Below the pieces are notes generated by a model, which was not told where the DNA came from, did not search any database, and was given only the letters and a program-made list of their open reading frames with translations. From Verrucomicrobiota bacterium (GTDB lineage: Bacteria > Verrucomicrobiota > Verrucomicrobiia > Limisphaerales > Palsa-1400): a stretch of DNA of 64,000 bases. Within the stretch, counting starts at the first letter, position 1, and every line of letters starts with the position of its first letter. The position numbers and the translations under genes were made by a program. The DNA is taken from positions 4,094 to 68,093 of the forward strand of contig JBEKYR010000012.1 in assembly GCA_049510745.1 (NCBI GenBank), written 5' to 3'. Positions 17,563-25,930 of the stretch are shown here, in pieces.

Positions 17563-17767
17563 ACCCTGCCCCCCGGGGCATTCTTCTCACGGGCCGTTGG
17601 CGGGACACCGTCGGCTGAGAGGTCAGCGGACGCGGGGCACCGCTACCGAATGGGGGTTCCGTTTTTGAGCGGCATCGATGCGGCTTAGTGCGCCTAAGAC
17701 TTTCCCTGATGGAAAAAAGGGTAATCCCCTTATTGCATGGGGGCGGATCGGGAAGGAGGTTGATGGA

Positions 17768-18040
17768 ATGAAATGGAAACTATTCATCTGCGGGATGGTT
17801 CTCATTGCGGCAGGTTGCGCCTCGAACCAAAATCAATACACCGCCCTCAACGAGCATGGCTTCACTTTTGATTTTTCGCCTGCGCCGACGCCGGGACGGA
17901 CGCCAATGGAAATGGGCCGGGATTATGGATCGCCCTTTGTGCCGCCCGTCATTGGCGGCGATGTGGCGAGGGAAGCGCCGCCATTTTATGTCGGGGCAGT
18001 GGCCAGCCCCAGCCTCATGATTGCTTCCAGCAATCCGTAG
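17768..18040 (+). CDS. Small lipoprotein (90 aa)
   Basis: An 'aaggagg' RBS lies about 9 nt upstream. 'MKWKLFICGMVLIAAGCASNQ' is a signal peptide with a lipobox-like AAGC. Confidence 0.55.
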   Translation: MKWKLFICGMVLIAAGCASNQNQYTALNEHGFTFDFSPAPTPGRTPMEMGRDYGSPFVPPVIGGDVAREAPPFYVGAVASPSLMIASSNP

Positions 18041-18110
18041 GGGCGGGGAGCGATTGAAAAACACCAGCCTGGTTTGACACGGGGGCGGGGGCTTCGTACG
18101 TTGGACGGTC

Positions 18111-20174
18111 ATGTTCGAGTTGTGCGCTCCGTATCAACCGGCCGGCGATCAGCCTCAAGCGATCGCCAAGCTGACCGAGGGCCTCCTCGCCGGCGCGCCG
18201 CATCAAACGCTGGTGGGGGTGACCGGCTCCGGGAAGACTTTCACGGTGGCCAACGTCATTCAACGCGTGAACCGGCCCACCCTGGTCATTTCGCACAACA
18301 AGACGCTCGCCGCCCAGCTTTACGCCGAATTCAAGAGCTTTTTCCCGCGCAACGCCGTCGAATACTTCGTCAGTTACTTCGATTATTACCAGCCGGAGGC
18401 CTACATTCCGCGGACGGACACGTTCATCGAGAAGGATTCGAGCATCAACGAGGAGATCGAACGGCTGCGGCTCTCGACGATGAGTTCGCTCCTGACGCGG
18501 CGGGATGTGATCGTGGTGGCCAGCGTTTCGTGTATTTACGGCATCGGCAGCAAGGAGAATTACGAGGCGCTGATCGAGCAGGTGCAGGTGGGCGTGCCGC
18601 TGTCGCGCGATCAACTGCTGGGCCGGCTGGTCGATTTGCAGTATGCCCGCAATGACGTCGCCTTCGAGCGCGGCCAATTCCGCGTCCGCGGCGACGTGGT
18701 CGAACTGCGGCCCTCGTGGACGGAGGACGCGCTGCGGCTGGAGTTTTTCGGCGACGAAATCGAGCGGCTGACGCGGTTCGATCCGCTGACGGGAGAAAAG
18801 AGCGAGACGCCGGAATCGGTCATCATTTTCCCGGCCAAACAATTCGTGACGCCGGAGCCGCAGATCAAGCGGGCCTTGCTGGTGATTCGGGAGGAACTGG
18901 GGGAGCGCATCGCGTGGTTCGAGGCGCGGGGCAAATTGCTCGAGGCGCAACGGCTGAAGATGCGGACGGAGTACGATTTGGAGATGATGGAGGAAATGGG
19001 GTTCTGCTCCGGCATCGAGAATTACTCGCGCCATCTGGCGGGGCGGCCGCCGGGTTCGCGCCCCGGGACGCTGCTGGATTTTTTCCCGGCCGATTACCTG
19101 CTGGTGGTGGATGAATCGCACGCGACCGTGCCGCAAATCGGCGGGATGCACGCGGGGGACCGTTCGCGCAAGACGGTGTTGGTCGAGCACGGCTTCCGCC
19201 TGCCCAGCGCGCTGGACAACCGGCCGCTGAACTTCGGGGAATTCCAATCGTTGCAGGGGCAGACCATATACGTCAGCGCCACACCGGCGGCCCAGGAGAT
19301 TGCCTGGTCGCAAGGCCGGGTGGTCGAGCAAATCGTCCGGCCCACGGGGTTGATCGATCCGAAGGTGACGGTCAAGCCGCTGACCGGCCAGATTGACGAT
19401 CTGATCGAGGAAGTCCGCCGCCGCGCCGAAGTCAGGGAACGGACGCTGGTGACGACGCTGACCAAGCGGTCGGCGGAGGAGCTGACCGATTATCTGCGCG
19501 GCCTGGGCGTCAACGTGCGCTATCTGCACAGCGAGATCGACGCCATCGAGCGGGTCGAGGTGCTGCGGGCCTTGCGCAAAGGGGAATTCGACGTGCTGGT
19601 CGGGATTAATTTGCTGCGCGAGGGATTGGACCTGCCGGAAGTTTCGCTGGTGGCGATTTTGGACGCGGACAAGGAAGGGTATCTGCGCAGCGCCACCAGC
19701 CTGATCCAGACGGCGGGCCGGGCGGCGCGGCATCTCCACGGCGAAGTGATCCTTTACGCCAGCGTGATGACGCAAAGCATCCAAAAGTTCCTGGTCGTTT
19801 CAGAATACCGGCGGGAGAGGCAACTGGCCTACAACCGGGAGCACCACATCACCCCGCGCAGCGTCAGCCGGGCGGTGGAGGAGAGCCTGGCGGTCTATCA
19901 AAACACGCGCGACCAGGCGGCGATGCTCTTGCACGAGGTGGGCGGGAACTTCGACGTGACCGAAACGCTGCGCAGTCTGCAGGAGGAAATGGTCGAGGCC
20001 TCCAACAATTTGGAATTTGAGAAGGCGGCGTTGCTGCGCGACCAAATCCGCGAATTAAAGCGCGCCTTCGGCGAGGCCGCCCCGGCGGAAGGAGCGCCGC
20101 CGCGTGAAGTCAACTATAAACCTGGAAAAAAAGGAGGAAAACCGCGGGCCGGCGCCGGCCGCCGGAGGGGTTAA
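18111..20174 (+). CDS. uvrB: Excinuclease ABC subunit B
   Basis: 'GVTGSGKTFTVANVI', 'YFVSYFDYYQPEAY', 'VDESHATVPQIGGM', and the C-terminal UVR motif 'LEFEKAALLRDQIRELK'. Confidence 0.97.
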   Translation: MFELCAPYQPAGDQPQAIAKLTEGLLAGAPHQTLVGVTGSGKTFTVANVIQRVNRPTLVISHNKTLAAQLYAEFKSFFPRNAVEYFVSYFDYYQPEAYIPRTDTFIEKDSSINEEIERLRLSTMSSLLTRRDVIVVASVSCIYGIGSKENYEALIEQVQVGVPLSRDQLLGRLVDLQYARNDVAFERGQFRVRGDVVELRPSWTEDALRLEFFGDEIERLTRFDPLTGEKSETPESVIIFPAKQFVTPEPQIKRALLVIREELGERIAWFEARGKLLEAQRLKMRTEYDLEMMEEMGFCSGIENYSRHLAGRPPGSRPGTLLDFFPADYLLVVDESHATVPQIGGMHAGDRSRKTVLVEHGFRLPSALDNRPLNFGEFQSLQGQTIYVSATPAAQEIAWSQGRVVEQIVRPTGLIDPKVTVKPLTGQIDDLIEEVRRRAEVRERTLVTTLTKRSAEELTDYLRGLGVNVRYLHSEIDAIERVEVLRALRKGEFDVLVGINLLREGLDLPEVSLVAILDADKEGYLRSATSLIQTAGRAARHLHGEVILYASVMTQSIQKFLVVSEYRRERQLAYNREHHITPRSVSRAVEESLAVYQNTRDQAAMLLHEVGGNFDVTETLRSLQEEMVEASNNLEFEKAALLRDQIRELKRAFGEAAPAEGAPPREVNYKPGKKGGKPRAGAGRRRG

Positions 20175-20725
20175 GATTTCCACTTGATGTTGCAGCCGAG
20201 GCTCGGAACCTGGCGGGGCGCGACGGGTTTGCCGGCCAGCACCGCGTCCACGGCGGCGCGCAAATCCGCCCCCGTCACCGGCAGGCCGTTGCCCGGGCGG
20301 CTGTCGTCGAACTGGCCGCGATAGACCAGCTTCCGGTTTTTGTCAAATAGATAAATATCCGGCGTGCAGGCGGCCCGGTAGGCCCGCGCCACGGCCTGCG
20401 ATTCATCGTAGAGGTAGGGGAACGTGTAGCCGGCCGCCTTGACTTCCTCCGCCATTTTTTCCGGGCTGTCGGCGGGATAGTTTTGGACATCGTTGGCGTT
20501 GATGGCGACGATGGCGGCGCCGCGCCGCTGGTATTCCCGGCCAAATTGCGCCAGGCCGGCGCGGATATGTTGGACGTAGGGGCAATGATTGCAAATAAAC
20601 AGGACGGCGAGCGCCGGGGCGGATTTGAAATCGGCCAGCGAGACGGGTTTTCCGGTGGTGTCGGGCAGCCGGAAATCCGGGGCGGCCGTTCCCAGCGGCA
20701 ACATATTGGACGGAGTCAATGCCAT
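20171..20725 (-). CDS. Thioredoxin-fold thiol-disulfide oxidoreductase (AhpC/TSA-like)
   Basis: Start at 'MALTPSNMLPLGTAAPDF' (cat at 20723-20725). CxxC motif in 'FICNHCPYV'. The upstream part of the track ORF overlaps the divergent gene region. Confidence 0.8.
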   Translation of the reverse strand: MALTPSNMLPLGTAAPDFRLPDTTGKPVSLADFKSAPALAVLFICNHCPYVQHIRAGLAQFGREYQRRGAAIVAINANDVQNYPADSPEKMAEEVKAAGYTFPYLYDESQAVARAYRAACTPDIYLFDKNRKLVYRGQFDDSRPGNGLPVTGADLRAAVDAVLAGKPVAPRQVPSLGCNIKWKS

Positions 20726-20812
20726 GCGGAGAATGTAGCGGCAAGCCGGGCGCGTTTCAAAGGCAAATTTTGCTTTTGCTGTGAGGCCCGCCCGGCCTAC
20801 CTTGTGGGCCGA

Positions 20813-21499
20813 ATGTTCGAGCCGAGTGAATTGTTTGATCTGGCCCAGACCGGGCATGCCGCCGTCTTCGACGGCTGCAAATTCGCCTGGGAGGCGCTGG
20901 CCAGGATCGCCCCCTACCTGGCCGCCCATTTAAACCCGGAATTGCACAACCACTGCGAAGGCACGGCCTTCATCGGCAAGCAAGTCTTCATCGGCGAGGG
21001 GACGGTGCTGGAAGACGGCGTGATGATCAAAGGCCCGGCGATCATCGGGAAGAATTGCCAGATCCGGCATAACGCCTACCTTCGCGAGCAGGTCATCATC
21101 GGGGACGATTGCGTGGTGGGAAATTCGTGCGAGGTCAAGAATTCCATTCTCTTCAACCACGCCCAGGCGCCACACTTCAATTACATCGGCGACTCCATCC
21201 TCGGCCACAAGGCGCACCTGGGGGCCGGCGTCAAACTCTCCAATTTCAAAGTGTTCCCCGGCAACATCATGGTGGAGATCGACGGCCAGCCTTTCGACAC
21301 CGGCCTGCGCAAATTCGGCGCGTTGCTGGGGGACGGCTGCGAGATCGGGTGCAACGCCGTCCTCAGCCCCGGCAGCATCATCGGACGCGAGTCCGTCGTC
21401 TATGCGAACGTGGCCTGGCGCGGCATCCTGCCGGCCCGGATGATTGTCAAGAACAAGGCCCCGCTGGAGGTCGTGTCCCGCCGCGGGCAGGGCGCATAG
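20813..21499 (+). CDS. Left-handed beta-helix (hexapeptide-repeat) transferase, GlmU C-terminal-like
   Basis: Start at 'MFEPSELFDL' (ATG 20813). Hexapeptide repeats run through 'IGKNCQIRHNAYLREQVIIGDDCVVGNSCEVKNSILF...IGDSILGHKAHLGAGVKLSN'. Confidence 0.75.
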   Translation: MFEPSELFDLAQTGHAAVFDGCKFAWEALARIAPYLAAHLNPELHNHCEGTAFIGKQVFIGEGTVLEDGVMIKGPAIIGKNCQIRHNAYLREQVIIGDDCVVGNSCEVKNSILFNHAQAPHFNYIGDSILGHKAHLGAGVKLSNFKVFPGNIMVEIDGQPFDTGLRKFGALLGDGCEIGCNAVLSPGSIIGRESVVYANVAWRGILPARMIVKNKAPLEVVSRRGQGA

Positions 21500-21511
21500 C
21501 GGGAGACGGCC

Positions 21512-23626
21512 ATGATCAGCCTGGTCGATGCTCAACCCGCCGGGGCGCCGGCCGGCCTGGTCGCGCAGGTCGCGGAAATTTTCTCGCCCGCCGGGATTTT
21601 GTCCAAATCCCCCAACTTCGAATACCGTCCGCAACAGCAGCAAATGGCGGTGGCGGTGGCGCGGGCGTTGGAAGAAAACGAGCATTTGATCGTCGAAGCC
21701 GGCACCGGCGTGGGCAAGAGCCTGGCCTACTTGATTCCGGCCATTTTTCACGCCGTGGCGCGGAACCGGAAGGCCGTCATCTCGACGCACACCATTAATT
21801 TGCAGGAGCAACTGATCCAAAAAGACCTGCCGATGCTGAAACACATCCTGCCGGTCGAGTTCAAATTTTCCATGCTCAAGGGCCGCCAGAATTATCTCTG
21901 CACCCGCCGCCTCTGGAAAGTGCGGCAGCAGGGACAGCAGCTTTTCACCTCGACAGGCCAGCAGGAGTTGGAGCGCATTCACGAATGGTCCCTGAAAACG
22001 GACGAGGGAAGCCTGTCGGATTTCGAGGTCGAGCCGGACCCGCAAGTGTGGCAGCAGGTCTGCTCGGAGCGGGGCTTGTGCAGTCCCAAATCGTGCGGGC
22101 GCGGGTCGGATTTTGTAAAGGGCGGCGGGGTCCCGTGCTTTTATCAGCAGGCGCGCAGCCAGATGCTCGGCGCGGACGTGCTGGTGCTCAATCACACGCT
22201 GCTGTTCACGCAATTGGGCGGACGGGAGGACGAAGCGGCCGGTGGCGTGCTGTTCCGGAACGATTTTGTCGTCTTTGACGAGGCGCACACGGTCGAGCGG
22301 GTGGCCTCGGCCCACATCGGCCTGAGCGTTTCCACCGCCCAAGTGCGCTACGGATTGCAACGGCTCTGGAACCCCAAGACCAAGAAGGGCCTGCTGGCCG
22401 TCTTGCGCCGCGGCAAGGAGCAAGTGGTCGAGGAGGCGTTGAAGGAGGCGGACAAGTTTTTTGCCGCGGTCGAGGCGGCCTGCGACGAGATCGCCGCGCG
22501 GCGGGAACGCCAGGCGGCGGCGCATACTTGGAGCGTCTTGCGCATCCGCCAATGCGATCTGGTGCCCGACACCCTCACCCTGCCTCTGGACCGGGTGCGG
22601 GAAGAGGTCAGCGCGCTGATTAAAACGGTCGATGACAAGGACACCGCGCAAGAATTGGCGGAGTGCAACCGGCGCCTGGCTGAGTTGCGCGAGGAACTGG
22701 CCATCTTTTTGGGTCAACGGGCCGAGGACCACGTCTATTGGGTGGAACGGACCGGCAAAGCCCAACGCCACCTGGCCCTCAACGCCGCTCCCATCAATGT
22801 GGCCGCTTATCTGCGCGAACGATTGTTCGGCTCGGACACTTCCGTCATCATGACCAGCGCGACCCTGGCGGTGAAACTGGACGAAAGCCCCGGCCCGGTT
22901 TCGCGCAAGCAGTCCGCTCCGCCGGACGCCGGCGCATCCGCCGACAAGGCGCCGCCGCTGCTTTATTTCGCCCGCCAAGTGGGCGGGGAAAAAGCCAATT
23001 TGCTCCAGGCCGGATCGCCCTTCGATTACGAGCGGCAAATGAAGCTCTATGTTGTCGGCAAGATGCCGGACCCGCGCGACGCCGGTTACCAAGCCAGCCT
23101 GGTCCATTGGATCAAACACTTCGTGACCCTGACGCAGGGAAAGGCGTTTGTGCTCTTCACCAATTTCAAACTCATGCTGGAGGTGGGCGCGCAAATGGAG
23201 CCGTTTTTCGAGAAACTGGGGGTCGAATGTTTCGTGCAAGGCACCGGCACGCCCCGCTCGCTCATGCTGGAAAAATTCAAAAAGGACGTGCATTCCGTGC
23301 TCTTCGGAACGGACAGCTTTTGGCAGGGGGTCGATGTGCCCGGAGAGAGCCTTTCCAACGTCATCATCACGCGCCTGCCCTTCGCCGTGCCCGACCATCC
23401 GTTGATCGAGGCGCGGATCGAGGCCATCGAAGCGCGCGGCGGCAATTCCTTCCTGGAATTCTCCCTGCCCGAAGCCGTCTTGAAATTCCGTCAGGGCGTT
23501 GGAAGATTGATCCGGGCAAAAACCGACACCGGCATCGTGGTCGTGCTGGACAATCGAATCCTGACCAAGCGCTACGGCCGGGCCTTCCTTTCCTCAGCCC
23601 CTAAATGCCCGGTGGAAATTGTTTGA
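21512..23626 (+). CDS. dinG: DinG/XPD-family ATP-dependent DNA helicase with Fe-S cysteines
   Basis: 'VEAGTGVGKSLAYLIPA', 'VVFDEAHTVE', a cysteine cluster (LCTRRL...VCSE...LCSPKSC...PCF), 'FGTDSFWQGVDVPGE', 'RQGVGRLIR'. Confidence 0.9.
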   Translation: MISLVDAQPAGAPAGLVAQVAEIFSPAGILSKSPNFEYRPQQQQMAVAVARALEENEHLIVEAGTGVGKSLAYLIPAIFHAVARNRKAVISTHTINLQEQLIQKDLPMLKHILPVEFKFSMLKGRQNYLCTRRLWKVRQQGQQLFTSTGQQELERIHEWSLKTDEGSLSDFEVEPDPQVWQQVCSERGLCSPKSCGRGSDFVKGGGVPCFYQQARSQMLGADVLVLNHTLLFTQLGGREDEAAGGVLFRNDFVVFDEAHTVERVASAHIGLSVSTAQVRYGLQRLWNPKTKKGLLAVLRRGKEQVVEEALKEADKFFAAVEAACDEIAARRERQAAAHTWSVLRIRQCDLVPDTLTLPLDRVREEVSALIKTVDDKDTAQELAECNRRLAELREELAIFLGQRAEDHVYWVERTGKAQRHLALNAAPINVAAYLRERLFGSDTSVIMTSATLAVKLDESPGPVSRKQSAPPDAGASADKAPPLLYFARQVGGEKANLLQAGSPFDYERQMKLYVVGKMPDPRDAGYQASLVHWIKHFVTLTQGKAFVLFTNFKLMLEVGAQMEPFFEKLGVECFVQGTGTPRSLMLEKFKKDVHSVLFGTDSFWQGVDVPGESLSNVIITRLPFAVPDHPLIEARIEAIEARGGNSFLEFSLPEAVLKFRQGVGRLIRAKTDTGIVVVLDNRILTKRYGRAFLSSAPKCPVEIV

Positions 23627-23631
23627 AGACC

Positions 23632-25452
23632 ATGCCATTCTCACCCGTCACGAACACGACTGCGAAAGCTGAACTTGATAATCTCTATGCCCGATTGAAG
23701 GGCATTCGCCAATTGCGGGGCGCGATGACCTCCCAAACCCCCAAGGATTTTAACCAGATTGTCGCAAGGCTCGGTGCCCTCCATGTTCTCACAGAGAAGG
23801 AAGTGTTTTCGCTCCGCGTTAATGAGTTTGCAGGGATACAGGAAGCAATGTTCTCAGGAATTCCAGAAAGAGCTGCCCAGTTATTGGCACTTTTAGAGCA
23901 CCGAAATTCGAAGACAATCGAGACTAAGGATGGCGCGAACGCGCCAAAAACAAGTATGGCCGCCAAAATCAAATTCAATGCGAGACGACTGATGGAGAAG
24001 GCCATCGAGGTGATGAGGCAGTCTCTTCAGGAGCCGCGAAGGGATGGCAAGTCGCCACCCAAGGTGGGTGCGGTGCTTTATAAAGCGGATGGTTCGATCG
24101 AAGCGGCGTGCCGCGGCGAGTTGCGTTGGGGAGATCACGCCGAGTTTGCCTTGCTCGAACGAAAGAACCGGCACAGCAGGCTGGACGGGGCAAAACTGTT
24201 TACGACTTTAGAGCCGTGCGCGCCCGGAGCGCGGAAGCATCCCAAGCTCGCATGCGCCGAGCGCATCGTGAATGCGCGCATCAAAGAAGTGTGGGTGGGA
24301 ATCGAAGACCCCGACCCGACGGTGGATCGCAAGGGGATCAAGTTTCTGCAGGACTTCGGCGTGACGGTGCATATGTTCGAGCGGGATTTGCAGGAAATCA
24401 TCAAGGCAGAGAACAAAGAGTTTATCAAACAGGCGTTGGCGCGGGCGGCAACCGCTGAAGAGGAGACGAAAGTCGTGACGTTGTCGGCTTTCGAGCAGCC
24501 GGTTGCCCATGCCGACTTGAAAGACTTCTCTGGTGAAGCGTTGGAGCAATACCGAGCGATTGCCAACATCAATGAGGCAGTTGGCTCGGAAGCGTTCAAT
24601 CGCCGCCTGGTGCAGCAGGGTTTATTGCAAGCGAAGGGGAAGACATTTGTTCCTTCGGGCTTTGGGTTGCTGTTGTTCGGCAAGGCGCCGCGCGATTCGA
24701 TGCCCCAGGCGGGATTACTTGGAACGATTCACCTTTCCGGCGGAAAGGAAGACACGCCGCGCAATTTTGACGGGCCGCAGGTTTTTGTTCCCGAACAGGC
24801 GCTCCGATGGCTACGCGACAAATTGCCCAACCCGATTGACCGCTCGGAGGCGCGCCGGCAGGAATTAAACAGACCTTTTTTTGAACTGGTGCGCGAAGGC
24901 ATCGTCAACGCCCTTGTCCATCGTGATTACTCGATTGTCGGTGCGAAATGCCAGTTGGTTGTGACGTCAGACACCGTCGTCATCAAGAGCCCTGGCAAGC
25001 CGGTCGAACCCATCACGCTTGGGCAATTGCAGGCTTTCAATGCGCCGATGTTGAGTCGCAACCCGACCCTTCACTACGTCTTTGCCAAAATGGAATTGGC
25101 GGAGGAACGCGGGCTTGGGTTGAAGTCGATGCGGAATCGCGTCACTGAAGCCGGTCTTCCACTGCCAAATTACAGCTGGGAAAATCCTTATCTGGTATTG
25201 ACGCTATTCCGTAGTCCAGCCAGTGCTGTTCGTGGTTTGAGTCCCAAAGTGCTCGACCGTCTAAACGAAGGCGAGAAAGCATCTTGGCAGTTTGTCGCCG
25301 GCCGGGAATCTGTAACTAGTCCGGAATTGATGAAGCAGATGGGCTTTGATGAACGCAAAGCTCAACGTGTCCTGAAGAAACTGCAGGCTGCCGGCTTGCT
25401 TCGCCGCGTTGGTAAGGGCCCGGCAACGCGTTACGAGATGGTTCGCCCATGA
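23632..25452 (+). CDS. Fusion protein: unknown helical N-domain, RibD/CDA-type zinc deaminase, COG2865 (RecG-C/HATPase_c_4, Schlafen-associated) core and winged-helix tail
   Basis: Deaminase: 'GDHAEFALLE' (HAE) and 'TTLEPCAPGARKHPKLACAERI' (PC...C). COG2865 core: 'GFGLLLFGKAP', 'VREGIVNALVHRDYS', 'VVIKSPGKP', 'LSRNPTLHYVFAKMELAEERGLGL'. wHTH: 'VTSPELMKQMGFDERKAQRVLKKLQAAGLLRRVGKGPATRY'. An alternative ATG at 23605 would overlap dinG by 22 nt. Confidence 0.8.
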   Translation: MPFSPVTNTTAKAELDNLYARLKGIRQLRGAMTSQTPKDFNQIVARLGALHVLTEKEVFSLRVNEFAGIQEAMFSGIPERAAQLLALLEHRNSKTIETKDGANAPKTSMAAKIKFNARRLMEKAIEVMRQSLQEPRRDGKSPPKVGAVLYKADGSIEAACRGELRWGDHAEFALLERKNRHSRLDGAKLFTTLEPCAPGARKHPKLACAERIVNARIKEVWVGIEDPDPTVDRKGIKFLQDFGVTVHMFERDLQEIIKAENKEFIKQALARAATAEEETKVVTLSAFEQPVAHADLKDFSGEALEQYRAIANINEAVGSEAFNRRLVQQGLLQAKGKTFVPSGFGLLLFGKAPRDSMPQAGLLGTIHLSGGKEDTPRNFDGPQVFVPEQALRWLRDKLPNPIDRSEARRQELNRPFFELVREGIVNALVHRDYSIVGAKCQLVVTSDTVVIKSPGKPVEPITLGQLQAFNAPMLSRNPTLHYVFAKMELAEERGLGLKSMRNRVTEAGLPLPNYSWENPYLVLTLFRSPASAVRGLSPKVLDRLNEGEKASWQFVAGRESVTSPELMKQMGFDERKAQRVLKKLQAAGLLRRVGKGPATRYEMVRP

Positions 25453-25463
25453 GTTTGTGTCCT

Positions 25464-25557
25464 GACAATAATCCCGACAAAGTGTCGGGATTCGGGTGGC
25501 TGCTGAGTCAGAAACTGGGAATCCCGACAATAATCCCGACAAAGTGTCGGGATTCGG
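25464..25557. repeat. Two perfect 32-bp direct repeats, each containing a 10-bp-stem palindrome, 30 bp apart
   Basis: 'gacaataatcccgacaaagtgtcgggattcgg' at 25464-25495 and at 25526-25557. The internal hairpin is aatcccgaca-aag-tgtcgggatt. The first copy starts 12 nt after the stop at 25452. Confidence 0.9.
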
Positions 25558-25595
25558 CTTCCCGCAAAAGCCCATGCCTACAAATCCACCAAACC

Positions 25596-25624
25596 AAAAC
25601 GGGTCAATAACGAAAACGGGTCAA
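25596..25624. repeat. Short direct repeats 'aaaacgggtcaa' x2 (17-bp period) plus a partial third
   Basis: Copies at 25596-25607 and 25613-25624, followed by 'aacggggtc'. Confidence 0.7.
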
Positions 25625-25930
25625 AACGGGGTCCCGCATCATCGCCTACTCTCGTCTTCTTCCCGCATCGCGCCGCAGGTTTGCCACGGAACCGGCAGCG
25701 CCCGTCATGGCCATCCCATTTAAGCTCATCGTCGTTTCCTGGCGTGGCCGTCCCGTCGGCGTAATTCCTTCTTCCTTTTCCAGTCAGAGGGGTCATCCGC
25801 ATGAAACAATGGATCCTCACACTCTTCCTTTGTGAATTGAGAGATTCGCCAACGTCCAGGAATGCGATGCGTCCGGCCCGGGATCGGGTTTGCGCTTCAA
25901 CGTTCCGGCTGCCATCCTTGTCCAAAAGGA

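Noticed and set aside
17015-17608. 197-aa minus-strand ORF as an intact gene
   Set aside because: Only residues about 72-125 show methyltransferase-leader similarity. The N-terminal part is a translation of the heptamer repeat ('FSFQLPVSSFLLSVFSFQL') and the C-terminal part is non-homologous. It is annotated as a pseudogene fragment instead.
18015-19784. 589-aa ORF antisense to uvrB
   Set aside because: uvrB on the + strand is unambiguous. The antisense translation is Arg/Gln/Pro-rich with no motifs.
20930-23398. 822-aa ORF antisense to the hexapeptide transferase and dinG
   Set aside because: It is a shadow ORF. The + strand genes carry clear helicase and beta-helix motifs, and the antisense protein is low-complexity (R, G, L, Q).
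25464-25557. Possible mini-CRISPR array (32-bp repeat, 30-bp spacer)
   Set aside because: There are only two repeat copies. The 'spacer' ends with a partial repeat copy. No cas genes or leader occur in the window. It is better explained as tandem palindromic regulatory or terminator elements, and is kept as a repeat finding only.
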